Assembly (NCBI GenBank): GCA_049511795.1
Contig: JBEKXS010000002.1
Location: 30,001-62,000 of the forward strand
From: Candidatus Saccharimonadota bacterium
Lineage (GTDB): Archaea; Nanobdellota; Nanobdellia; Pacearchaeales; GW2011-AR1
Length of the DNA: 32,000 nt
Direction of reading: 5' to 3'
Each line of letters begins with the position of its first letter. Within the stretch, counting starts at the first letter, position 1. Both the position numbers and the translations under genes were made by a program. Shown here piece after piece: positions 8,067 through 17,804 of the stretch. A model generated the notes under the pieces. That model was not told where the DNA came from. It worked only from the letters and a program-made list of their open reading frames with translations, and made no database searches.

Positions 8067-9029
8067 ATGGTAAAGAAACTTTATCCACCAAAGCCTCTTT
8101 TTCTTGAGAGAATGAAGTCTCTTCTTGAAAAAGATTTTGACAATTATCTGAAAATTCTTGAAAAGCCACCTGTAAATTCAATCAGATGCAACACATTAAA
8201 AATATCTCCAGAAGAATTGAAAAAAAGGCTTGAAAAAATGTCTTGGATTATAGAACAGCCATTCAAAGAAGCTCCAGAAGTCATGATAATAAAAAATAAC
8301 CTCCAGCCGGGCGAATTGGGAAGAAGTCTTGAACATCTTCTCGGTTATTATTATGTTCAGGAAATTGCAAGCATGCTTCCTGTTCTTGTTTTGAAGCCAA
8401 AGCCAGGTGAACTTGTTCTTGATTTGGCAGCTGCTCCTGGAAGTAAGACAACTCAGATTGCAGCAGAAATGGAAAATAAAGGAACAATAATTGCAAATGA
8501 AGTAAGCATTGGTCGTTTGAAAATTCTTGCATCAAATACAGAAAGATGCGGAGTCTTGAATGCAGTAATAACAAAAAAAGATGGTGTAGCTCTTTGCAAG
8601 AGAATGAAAGAGCAAGGTTTTCTTTTTGACAAAATCCTTGTTGATGCTCCTTGCTCTGGAGAAGGAACAATCCGTAGTTCCAATATAACAAACTTGATGT
8701 GGAATCCAAAAACAATAAAACAGCTTTCCAAGCTCCAGAAATCGCTATTAGCTTCTGCAATAGAAATTTTGAAAACAGGGGGCGAGATTGTTTACAGCAC
8801 ATGCACTCATGCGCCAGAAGAAAACGAGGAAGTTATTGATTTTGTTCTTAAAGAATCTGGAAAAAATGTTAAAGTAGAAAAAATAAGTCTTCCAATTAAA
8901 TGCCGACCTGGTGTAACTAACTGGGAAAATAGTTCTTATAATAAAACAGTTGAAAATTCTTGCAGAGTTTATCCTCAGGACAATGATACAGAAGGATTTT
9001 TCATAGCAAAAATCAGGAAAATAAAATGA
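8067..9029 (+). CDS. NOL1/NOP2/Sun-family RNA cytosine-C5 methyltransferase
   Basis: SAM-binding DLAAAPGSKT and the two catalytic Cys motifs, DAPCSGEG and YSTCT. Confidence 0.85.
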   Translation: MVKKLYPPKPLFLERMKSLLEKDFDNYLKILEKPPVNSIRCNTLKISPEELKKRLEKMSWIIEQPFKEAPEVMIIKNNLQPGELGRSLEHLLGYYYVQEIASMLPVLVLKPKPGELVLDLAAAPGSKTTQIAAEMENKGTIIANEVSIGRLKILASNTERCGVLNAVITKKDGVALCKRMKEQGFLFDKILVDAPCSGEGTIRSSNITNLMWNPKTIKQLSKLQKSLLASAIEILKTGGEIVYSTCTHAPEENEEVIDFVLKESGKNVKVEKISLPIKCRPGVTNWENSSYNKTVENSCRVYPQDNDTEGFFIAKIRKIK

Positions 9030-9517
9030 AGAGAATAAGGATAATTGGAACTCCTGGAAGCGGAAAATCCTACCTTGCAGAATTAATTTCTAGAAAATTG
9101 AAAATTCGAGTTTATGATTTAGATGATTTATATTGGTATAAAAAATATAGTAAGAAAAGAAGCCCAAAAAAATTAAGAGAATTAATAAAAAATATAACAA
9201 ATAAAAAATCATGGATAATAGAGGGGATGCAATATGGTGTTGATAGTGAGTGGATTATAAAAAAAAGTGAACTTGTAATATGGGTTAATCCTTCTTTACA
9301 TAAAATTATTTTTAGGTTAATTCTAAGGCATAAAAATAGAAAGAACGAAAAATTGTCTGGAACCCTAAAACTTATAAAATCAGTTATAAAATATAAGCTT
9401 AATATAAACTCCAAACACAAAAAAGCCCATAATAGTTACTTTCAAAAATATAGTCATAAATTCATTGTGATAAAAAATAATAAAGGTATAGAAAAATTCT
9501 TGGGAATTTTAAAATGA
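9026..9517 (+). CDS. P-loop NTPase, adenylate-kinase/topology-modulation-protein-like
   Basis: Walker A GTPGSGKS; YDLDDLYW and WIIEG motifs as in FlaR/COG0563-like kinases. ATGA overlaps occur at both ends (9026-9029 and 9514-9517). It is visibly more AT- and Lys-rich than its neighbours. Confidence 0.55.
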   Translation: MKRIRIIGTPGSGKSYLAELISRKLKIRVYDLDDLYWYKKYSKKRSPKKLRELIKNITNKKSWIIEGMQYGVDSEWIIKKSELVIWVNPSLHKIIFRLILRHKNRKNEKLSGTLKLIKSVIKYKLNINSKHKKAHNSYFQKYSHKFIVIKNNKGIEKFLGILK

Positions 9518-9981
9518 GTTTCATAAAAATATTAAACGAAAGAGAAAAGACAAAGATAGAAGAGCAATTAAAAGAGCAATTTGGCATTTCTTCTGTTCCT
9601 GGCACAATCATAATGCGTGGCGCAGAAAGATTATTTCTTTTTTCTGGAAATCTTAGTGAAAAAGAAATTGAAAAACTTGAGAAATGCACATTCATAGAAA
9701 GAATGGGTGTTTATTTTGCAAAACTTGTTGATGACAAAATCAGATTAAGTATTGAAGGCTCCCAAATTCTTAAAGATCAAGTAACAAAGAATATTTTTAC
9801 ATTGGATTCCAAGCAAGCAGAAGAATGGATGAAAGGCCGTGAGCTTCCTATTAAAACAGAAACTCATGGATTTTTGATAATGAAGCATGGAGAAGATTTT
9901 CTTGGAACAGGAAAAGCTTCTGATGAAAAAATTGGAAACTTTATTCCAAAGAATAGAAGATTAAGGGAAAGGCAGCAGTAA
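9514..9981 (+). CDS. NIP7/UPF0113-like PUA-domain RNA-binding protein (tentative)
   Basis: About 155 aa with an N-terminal alpha/beta part and a C-terminal GFLIMKHGEDFLGTGKAS...IGNFIPKNRRL, resembling the PUA end of archaeal NIP7 homologues. Translationally coupled to the NOP2-like operon. Confidence 0.4.
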   Translation: MSFIKILNEREKTKIEEQLKEQFGISSVPGTIIMRGAERLFLFSGNLSEKEIEKLEKCTFIERMGVYFAKLVDDKIRLSIEGSQILKDQVTKNIFTLDSKQAEEWMKGRELPIKTETHGFLIMKHGEDFLGTGKASDEKIGNFIPKNRRLRERQQ

Positions 9982-9992
9982 TTAACAAAAAT

Positions 9993-10000
9993 TTTATAAA
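9993..10000 (+). promoter_or_regulatory. TATA box TTTATAAA, centre 25.5 nt upstream of map ATG 10022
   Basis: Sequence and spacing were read directly. This argues against the ATG at 10001 as the start. Confidence 0.55.
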
Positions 10001-10021
10001 ATGCTGTTTTCTTCAATAAAA

Positions 10022-10906
10022 ATGGAACTAAACAAGGAAAAAATCCTCAAGGCAGGAAAAATAACAAAAGAAACAAGAGATTATGCAAAAACAATTGTAA
10101 AAAAAGGCGTTCCTTTGCTAGAAATAGCTGAAAAAATAGAAGCAAAAATAGAAAGCCTCGGAGGAAAGCCTGCATTTCCAACAAATTTAAGCATAAACGA
10201 GGTTGCAGCACATTACACTCCAGGTCATGATGATAAAACACTGGCACATGGGTTGATTAAAGTTGATTTCGGTGTCCATTTTGATGGCTTCACAGCTGAT
10301 AATTCTATTTCATTTGACCTTGAAAACAGCGAAGAAAACAAAAAACTTATTTCAGCAGCAGAAGAAGCTTTGAAAAAAGCGATTGAGATTGTTAAAGTTG
10401 GAGTTTCTGCAAATAAAATCGGCAAAGTTATTCAAGACACTATAGAATCAAAAGGTTTTACTCCAATAATAAATCTCTCAGGCCATAGTATGGAACAATA
10501 TGAGTTGCATGCAGGAGTTACAATTCCAAATATAGATGATGGTCGTGGTGTTATCCTAAAAGAAGGCCTTTATGCCATAGAACCATTCACAACAGCAGGC
10601 AGTGGTAAGGTTCGTGATGGTCGCCATTCCGGAATTTACAATTTGCAAAACACAAAAAAGCCAAGAAGCCAAACAGCAAGAGAAATCCTGGATTTCATTG
10701 AAAAAGAATACAACACATTGCCTTTCTGCTCAAGATGGATTGTAAAAAAATTTGGTCCGAAAGCTCTATTTGCATTAAACGAGCTTGAATTAAACGGAAA
10801 TCTTCATCAATATGACCAGTTAGTTGAAATTTCTGGGAAGCCCGTAGGTCAGGCAGAACACACCATTCTTGTAGAAAAAGACAAAGTTACTGTGACAACG
10901 ATTTAA
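10022..10906 (+). CDS. map: Methionine aminopeptidase, type 2 (archaeal)
   Basis: Pita-bread metal-ligand contexts AAHYTP, DFGVHFDGFTADNS, GHSMEQYELHAG, YAIEPF and QAEHTILV. I prefer the start at ATG 10022 over 10001 because TTTATAAA (9993-10000) is centred 25.5 nt upstream of 10022. Confidence 0.85.
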   Translation: MELNKEKILKAGKITKETRDYAKTIVKKGVPLLEIAEKIEAKIESLGGKPAFPTNLSINEVAAHYTPGHDDKTLAHGLIKVDFGVHFDGFTADNSISFDLENSEENKKLISAAEEALKKAIEIVKVGVSANKIGKVIQDTIESKGFTPIINLSGHSMEQYELHAGVTIPNIDDGRGVILKEGLYAIEPFTTAGSGKVRDGRHSGIYNLQNTKKPRSQTAREILDFIEKEYNTLPFCSRWIVKKFGPKALFALNELELNGNLHQYDQLVEISGKPVGQAEHTILVEKDKVTVTTI

Positions 10907-11309
10907 AATCATAAAGTGAGTCAGAAACTTTCAAAGCTTGTCTTATATAATCTGCTATTTCTTTCACATGTTCTTTACCTTTTATTAAATAACCGAAAGC
11001 TCCGTTTTTCATAGCAATCATACCTATTGAAGAATCTCCTATATAAAACAAAATAAAAGGAATATGTCTAAATTCATCTTTTTTGGCATATTTTTCTATT
11101 ATCTCGCTTCCTGTAATTCCAGGCATTCTGTTATCTGTAATAACTAATCTCACATTTCCAACATCTTCAGCTAATCTTCTTTCTAAAGAACTTCCATCAG
11201 CAAAATCTTCTATAGAATATTCTGGAAAAAATCTCTTCCAGGCTAATCCATAAACTTTTCTAAGGTTGTCATCATCTTCTGCATATAAAATTACTTTTCT
11301 TTCTGTCAT
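10887..11309 (-). CDS. Stand-alone response-regulator receiver (CheY-like REC) domain protein
   Basis: Acidic pocket YAEDDDN, phospho-acceptor-like LVITDNRMPG and a conserved Lys context YLIKG. No output domain. TTTAAAAG (revcomp of 11331-11338) is centred 25.5 nt upstream of the ATG at 11309. Confidence 0.7.
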   Translation of the reverse strand: MTERKVILYAEDDDNLRKVYGLAWKRFFPEYSIEDFADGSSLERRLAEDVGNVRLVITDNRMPGITGSEIIEKYAKKDEFRHIPFILFYIGDSSIGMIAMKNGAFGYLIKGKEHVKEIADYIRQALKVSDSLYDFKSLSQ

Positions 11310-11330
11310 AAAAATCCTTAAAGAATTCTA

Positions 11331-11338
11331 CTTTTAAA
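11331..11338 (-). promoter_or_regulatory. TATA box TTTAAAAG (minus strand), centre 25.5 nt upstream of REC ATG 11309
   Basis: It lies directly after the cdc48 stop codon (11340-11342). Confidence 0.5.
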
Positions 11339-11339
11339 C

Positions 11340-14321
<2,982 letters not shown>

Positions 14322-14322
14322 T

Positions 14323-14454
14323 TTATTTCTTTTTTTCCTTGACAACTCTTACTTGAAAGCTGTTTTTTATTTTTTTGAATGAGTTTTTTATATCTCTTCC
14401 AGCTTCTTTCAAAGCTTTCTTTTCTTTATCAGTTATTTCCAAAACGATTTTCAT
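14323..14454 (-). CDS. 43-aa Lys-rich ORF bridging the AbrB-like gene and cdc48 (possible RHH-like mini-protein)
   Basis: My translation is [43 protein letters not shown]. Its ATG overlaps the upstream TGA (ATGA at 14451-14454), and its TAA (14323-14325) lies 1 nt before the cdc48 ATG. I checked triplet by triplet and found no in-frame stop. The alternative is non-coding A-rich cdc48 promoter DNA. Confidence 0.35.
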   Translation of the reverse strand: MKIVLEITDKEKKALKEAGRDIKNSFKKIKNSFQVRVVKEKKK

Positions 14455-14882
14455 TTTTTCTTTTTTATTTCAGTTATTTTTATTCCGTTTATGTCATGAA
14501 CTTCTTTACCAAGCTCTTTTTCAAGCTCATCATTATCTGTCTGAGTTTGCCCAAAATTCAAGCTTAATCTTCCGAAATTCTCAAAGCAAAGCTTAACCAT
14601 GTCATCCATTATTTTTTCCTGATCTTTTATGAATGAAACAATTTCTTTTGGGATTGAAACAGCATAACTGTTGCCAACAAGCCTCATTTTAACATGAAAT
14701 TCTTTGCTTTTCAAGTCATTAAATTTAACAAACTCTGCTTCATCATTTGGATGAATTATTTTGCTGCCACAGTTTGGGCAAACAACAGCCCTTAGAGCAA
14801 AACCATTTTTTATCAGCTGAGCTTTCTGCATTTTAGTGCTGCATTTGTTGCAAAGTATTGTGTTGTCAAAAACGTCTGTCAT
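14451..14882 (-). CDS. Zinc-ribbon + SpoVT/AbrB-like swapped-hairpin domain protein
   Basis: CNKC...(19 aa)...CPNC zinc ribbon, then RLVGNSYAVSIPKEIVSFI (AbrB/MazE-type motif), then an acidic/Lys-rich tail. Confidence 0.6.
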   Translation of the reverse strand: MTDVFDNTILCNKCSTKMQKAQLIKNGFALRAVVCPNCGSKIIHPNDEAEFVKFNDLKSKEFHVKMRLVGNSYAVSIPKEIVSFIKDQEKIMDDMVKLCFENFGRLSLNFGQTQTDNDELEKELGKEVHDINGIKITEIKKKK

Positions 14883-14920
14883 TTTTTGTTATATTTTTTG
14901 TTTGTTTTTAGCATAAAACT

Positions 14921-14942
14921 ACCGTGCCTTTGCAGACACGGC
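14921..14942 (-). promoter_or_regulatory. GC-rich RNA hairpin in the long intergenic region upstream of the AbrB-like gene
   Basis: The minus-strand RNA GCCGUGUC-UGCAAA-GGCACGGU forms 8 bp, including two G-U pairs. On the plus strand those two pairs become A-C and C-A mismatches, leaving only 5 bp. The structure is therefore strand-specific for the minus transcript. Confidence 0.4.
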
Positions 14943-14961
14943 GGTTGGGTCGAAAAGAGGT

Positions 14962-14993
14962 TGTATATCTTGTATACACTTCAATGTATACAC
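14962..14993. repeat. Three TGTATA(C/T) boxes with palindromic GTATAC cores; candidate operator
   Basis: TGTATATCT at 14962-14970, then TGTATACAC at 14971-14979 and again at 14985-14993. Confidence 0.45.
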
Positions 14994-15011
14994 ACATAAC
15001 ATATACTATTT

Positions 15012-15050
15012 AAATATTTCGGTGATGGTGGTGATGGTGATGAAATATTT
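15012..15050. repeat. 9-bp AT inverted repeat (AAATATTTC / GAAATATTT) enclosing a GGTGAT-type microrepeat
   Basis: The stem arms are 15012-15020 and 15042-15050. The loop is GGTGATGGTGGTGATGGTGAT. The element sits 2 nt downstream of the stop of the 85-aa gene on the minus strand, so it could be a weak terminator hairpin. Confidence 0.35.
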
Positions 15051-15052
15051 AT

Positions 15053-15310
15053 TTAAGCAAGAACGAGGACAGACTTTCCTTCAATAGGATAATTCCCTTT
15101 ATCCCTAATTAAAATACAAATCATTTCATAGCATGAAGAATGCAACTGTCCATACCCCTCAACATAAAATTCCCTTTCAGCAATAGGAGTATCTTTAGGA
15201 ACATTTGTAAGCTCACCGCAACGAACACACTTTTCCAAATCTTGGATTGGTCTCGTTACTCCTGTATCAACAACTTCATCGTTTATTATTTTTAACAGCC
15301 TTAATTCCAT
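15053..15310 (-). CDS. Small Cys/His-containing protein (85 aa), possible zinc binder
   Basis: CVRC ... HSSC spacing. The track ORF starts at a GTG (15355), but TTTATAAA (15332-15339) is centred 25.5 nt upstream of the ATG at 15310, so I prefer the shorter leaderless form, MELRLLKII... Confidence 0.45.
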   Translation of the reverse strand: MELRLLKIINDEVVDTGVTRPIQDLEKCVRCGELTNVPKDTPIAEREFYVEGYGQLHSSCYEMICILIRDKGNYPIEGKSVLVLA

Positions 15311-15331
15311 GTCAGAAGCATTTGTCATTAA

Positions 15332-15339
15332 TTTATAAA
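15332..15339 (-). promoter_or_regulatory. TATA box TTTATAAA, centre 25.5 nt upstream of ATG 15310
   Basis: Sequence and spacing were read directly. It supports the shorter 85-aa gene model. Confidence 0.5.
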
Positions 15340-15355
15340 CTTTTTCGACAAACAC

Positions 15356-15363
15356 TTTAAAAA
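15356..15363 (+). promoter_or_regulatory. TATA box TTTAAAAA, centre 25.5 nt upstream of signal peptidase ATG 15385
   Basis: Sequence and spacing were read directly. Confidence 0.55.
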
Positions 15364-15384
15364 CTATTAATAATTAAGTGTCTA

Positions 15385-16014
15385 ATGGCTGAAGAAAAGG
15401 GGCTGAAGTATTACTTGAAAAGATTTTGGTTCCTTCTTTGGAAAGATGATAGCTTAAAGGGCTGGATTTTCTCGATAATTTTCCTTTTCATATTCATAAA
15501 ATTCATTTTCTTCCCTGTTCTTAGTCTTGCAACAGGAACTTCTCTGCCTTTGGCAATTGTAGAATCATGCAGCATGTATCATCAAGGAAACCTTTTCAGT
15601 GATTTCAATGCCTGGTGGACAAGACATGATGCAAAATATGCTCTTTACATAATAAATGAACTTGATTTCCAAGCTTTTCCGCTGAAAAACGGATTTAACA
15701 AAGGAGATATTCTCTTCATTGTGCATGTAGATCCTTCAAAACTCAAGGTCGGAGACATAATAATTTTCAATGCAGGCCAGGCAAATCCAATAATACACAG
15801 AATTGTAAACATAACAGAAACAAACGGGCAGGAAACATTCTCGACAGAAGGAGATAACAACAATGGTCAGCTCACTTTTGAAAACGGAATAACAGGAAAC
15901 CAGATTGTAGGAAAAGCTGTTCTCAAGGTAGCTCCTTATCTTGGATGGGTAAAGCTTATATTTTACGATTGGGAAAAGCCAGTTGGAGAAAGAGGATTTT
16001 GTCATGAGAATTAG
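15385..16014 (+). CDS. Signal peptidase I, archaeal/Sec11 (S26B) type
   Basis: N-terminal TM anchor, catalytic-Ser context VESCSMYH, His context PIIHRIV and a GDNN box (TEGDNNNG). Confidence 0.7.
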   Translation: MAEEKGLKYYLKRFWFLLWKDDSLKGWIFSIIFLFIFIKFIFFPVLSLATGTSLPLAIVESCSMYHQGNLFSDFNAWWTRHDAKYALYIINELDFQAFPLKNGFNKGDILFIVHVDPSKLKVGDIIIFNAGQANPIIHRIVNITETNGQETFSTEGDNNNGQLTFENGITGNQIVGKAVLKVAPYLGWVKLIFYDWEKPVGERGFCHEN

Positions 16015-16067
16015 TTTGAAAATAATAAATAACTATATAAACATTCAATTAATAAAAAACAAATAAA

Positions 16068-16376
16068 ATGGAATTTTGTCCAAAGTGTGGTTCTGTTCTT
16101 GTGCAAAAAAGAAAGAATGACGGTTGCCCTAGATGCAATTATTCCTCAAAATCAAGAGTAAAGCTAAAGACCTCTGAAAAAATGGATGAGAAGAAGGAAA
16201 TTGCAGTTGTAAAAGACAAAGATGTTGAAATTTATCCAATAATTGAAGGCGAATGCAAGAAATGCGGGCACAACAAGGTTTATTTCTGGACAATGCAGAC
16301 AAGGGCAAGTGATGAATCAGAAACAAAGTTCTTCAAATGCACAAAATGCGACTTTACTTGGCGTGAATACAGGTAA
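16068..16376 (+). CDS. tfs: Transcription factor S (TFS / RpoM-like)
   Basis: N-terminal ribbon CPKCG...CPRC. C-terminal TFIIS-type ribbon CKKCG...QTRASDES...CTKC carrying the acidic hairpin. Confidence 0.85.
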   Translation: MEFCPKCGSVLVQKRKNDGCPRCNYSSKSRVKLKTSEKMDEKKEIAVVKDKDVEIYPIIEGECKKCGHNKVYFWTMQTRASDESETKFFKCTKCDFTWREYR

Positions 16377-16398
16377 GAACTGAATTTTTCTGCTAAGC

Positions 16399-16406
16399 TT
16401 TAAAAA
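16399..16406 (+). promoter_or_regulatory. TATA box TTTAAAAA, centre 25.5 nt upstream of ATG 16428
   Basis: Sequence and spacing were read directly. Confidence 0.5.
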
Positions 16407-16427
16407 TACATTTCAATTATACTATTT

Positions 16428-17009
16428 ATGGAATTAAGAGGTGAAGAGATGGAAGACTTGGAAGAGGATGAAAGTGATTTGGAAGAAGTCAAAGAAAGTT
16501 CTGAAATAAGATTTGGGATAAAAACATATGATGATGTTTTCTCTGATTTTGATCCAAGACCGATTTCACAGCGTGGATTATCAGAGGATTTTTTGGTTGA
16601 AGCAAAAAGAGCAAGCATGGTGAAGGATGCCAGCAGAATAGATTTTATTTTTACAGTTCCAAAAAATATCCGAGACTTAAAAAAAGAGGCAAGGATATCT
16701 GAGAGGCTAAAAAAATATTTCAGAAAACACTATGAACTTCTTCAAAAGGAAAAAGATAAAATAGTAAATCAGGGGATTTGGTTTCTTATATTCGGGATTA
16801 TTGTGATGTTCGCTGCAACTTTCCTGACTTTTAAATATGAAGGAAATAATTTTATCACAAGTTTTTTCACAGTTCTATTTCAGCCAGCTGGGTGGTGGCT
16901 TTTCTGGGAAGGATGCCAACTTCTTGTGTTTGATTCAAAGAAAGACAACCCCAATATAGAGTTCCACAAAAGAATGGCAAGCACCTCAATAAGGTTTGTT
17001 TCTATATAG
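16428..17009 (+). CDS. Membrane protein with acidic N-terminal tail (hypothetical)
   Basis: Acidic N-terminus (EEMEDLEEDESDLEE), an SDFDPRPISQRGLSEDF motif and two C-terminal hydrophobic helices. TTTAAAAA (16399-16406) is centred 25.5 nt upstream of the ATG. Confidence 0.5.
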   Translation: MELRGEEMEDLEEDESDLEEVKESSEIRFGIKTYDDVFSDFDPRPISQRGLSEDFLVEAKRASMVKDASRIDFIFTVPKNIRDLKKEARISERLKKYFRKHYELLQKEKDKIVNQGIWFLIFGIIVMFAATFLTFKYEGNNFITSFFTVLFQPAGWWLFWEGCQLLVFDSKKDNPNIEFHKRMASTSIRFVSI

Positions 17010-17028
17010 AAACACTTCAGGAAAGGTT

Positions 17029-17036
17029 TTTTAAAA
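17029..17036 (+). promoter_or_regulatory. TATA box TTTTAAAA, centre 26.5 nt upstream of tRNA-Lys nt 1
   Basis: The same spacing before an RNA gene supports reading the motif as a TATA box and the ATGs as transcription starts. Confidence 0.55.
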
Positions 17037-17058
17037 CAAGTATATTTACTTTGACTAA

Positions 17059-17133
17059 GGCTCCGTAGCTCAGTCTGGCCAGAGCACTGGACTCTTAATC
17101 CAGGTGTCGTGGGTTCAAATCCCATCGGGGCCA
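17059..17133 (+). tRNA. tRNA-Lys (anticodon CUU), 75 nt, no intron, CCA not encoded
   Basis: Folded by hand. Acceptor GGCTCCG/CGGGGCC (one G-U). D stem GCTC/GAGC. Anticodon stem CTGGA/TCCAG with loop CT-CTT-AA. T stem GTGGG/CCCAT with loop TTCAAAT. Discriminator A. TTTTAAAA at 17029-17036 is centred 26.5 nt upstream of nt 1. Confidence 0.9.
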
Positions 17134-17138
17134 CTTTT
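17134..17138 (+). terminator. Oligo-T tract directly after tRNA-Lys
   Basis: CTTTT follows the discriminator base. It overlaps the stop codon (17137-17139) of the convergent 65-aa gene. Confidence 0.4.
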
Positions 17139-17334
17139 ATCCTCTATGCTTGAAATATTCAATCTGCCTGAATCTTTTCAGGACATGCCTATAGCTGCCT
17201 TTTGGAACGAGAACTTTTGTCTTTGCTTCATTTAGAAGTCGAAAATCATATTTTGCCACTGATTCCTTCAGCTTGTCTTTTCCAGGATATTTTTTCCAGC
17301 GCTTCTCTTTTTTCGGCTTGTATTGTAAAACCAT
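17137..17334 (-). CDS. Small basic protein (65 aa), hypothetical
   Basis: Lys/Arg-rich (KPKKEKRWKKYPGKDK). TTTATTAA (revcomp of 17356-17363) is centred 25.5 nt upstream of the ATG at 17334. Confidence 0.45.
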   Translation of the reverse strand: MVLQYKPKKEKRWKKYPGKDKLKESVAKYDFRLLNEAKTKVLVPKGSYRHVLKRFRQIEYFKHRG

Positions 17335-17443
17335 AATTAATCAAAGAAATCCTAATTAATAAATATTAACAAAAATAAAAAGAAAAAACAAGAAAAACAT
17401 TAACAAATAAGAAAAATAAACAAAATTTGGGGCGGTAGAATTA

Positions 17444-17710
17444 CTATCTTATAAGCTTTTGAATGTTTTCAATTGCGTCTGCGACTTCTTTGCCTTTCTT
17501 GGTCAATTTTATAACTTTTATCCGCCCTCTTTTTTCGAAATCGACCAGGCTCAAAGCCTCAAGTGTCTGCAGTATCTTAACTGCATGGCTGTATGTGCAA
17601 TCAACTTCCTTAGCCAAAATACTACCATACCTCATCCTAGTGTTCTTTTTCAAAGATACCAGCATTAATGCCGGCTTTCTCCTAAAAAAGATGTCAAAGT
17701 TGTCTTTCAT
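17444..17710 (-). CDS. Winged-helix (ArsR/MarR-like) DNA-binding protein
   Basis: 88 aa. HTH-like YGSILAKEVDCTYSHAVKILQTLEALSLV, followed by a wing, FEKRGRIKVIKLTKKG. Confidence 0.55.
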   Translation of the reverse strand: MKDNFDIFFRRKPALMLVSLKKNTRMRYGSILAKEVDCTYSHAVKILQTLEALSLVDFEKRGRIKVIKLTKKGKEVADAIENIQKLIR

Positions 17711-17804
17711 TTTTGGATGTGTGTATTTAGATGTATATATCCCATCAGTGATGTGCTTTTAAATGTTTTGGAAGCTATATATCTAAAAAGTTTTTATTAA
17801 TTTT

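Noticed and set aside
14322-14345. N-terminal extensions in the ORF track that begin at non-ATG codons or at upstream ATGs. These are cdc48 from TTG 14345, scpB from TTG 27048, the 100-aa form from GTG 15355, map from ATG 10001 and the small membrane protein from ATG 22586.
   Set aside because: In four of the five cases a downstream ATG fits the 25.5-26.5-nt TATA spacing. For scpB the ATG fits less well, at about 35 nt. Leaderless mRNAs are expected to need an AUG at the 5' end. I therefore used the shorter models, with residual uncertainty.
14911-14997. A 29-aa minus-strand ORF (MCVYIEVYTRYTTSFRPNRRVCKGTVVLC) spans the TGTATAC boxes and the GC hairpin.
   Set aside because: The ATG is only about 13-19 nt from the nearest TATA-like box, not the 25.5 nt seen elsewhere. 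It uses CGA, CGC and CGT Arg codons, which look atypical for this AT-rich genome. The region is better explained as RNA structure and operator DNA.
15021-15043. On the minus strand the (GGTGAT)n tract reads CAT CAC CAT CAC CAC CAT CAC, a run of seven His codons that resembles an engineered His-tag or a His-rich tail on the 85-aa protein.
   Set aside because: The His frame is closed by a TAA two codons upstream of the run. It is not the frame of the upstream gene, which ends at TAA 15053-15055 and reads S-S-P-S-P-P-S through the tract. No ATG opens the frame. I treat it as a non-coding microrepeat in a hairpin loop.
17134-17750. An integrated mobile element at tRNA-Lys. The candidate evidence is a small basic protein plus a wHTH gene right after the tRNA, and an ATCCCATC 8-mer shared by the tRNA 3' arm and position about 17741-17748. 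There is also a GGGATTTGAA match to the T-arm complement inside polB (6281-6290).
   Set aside because: There is no integrase. The 8-10-nt matches are at the level expected by chance in 32 kb on two strands. The flanked segment is only about 600 nt, and both genes have native-looking promoters.
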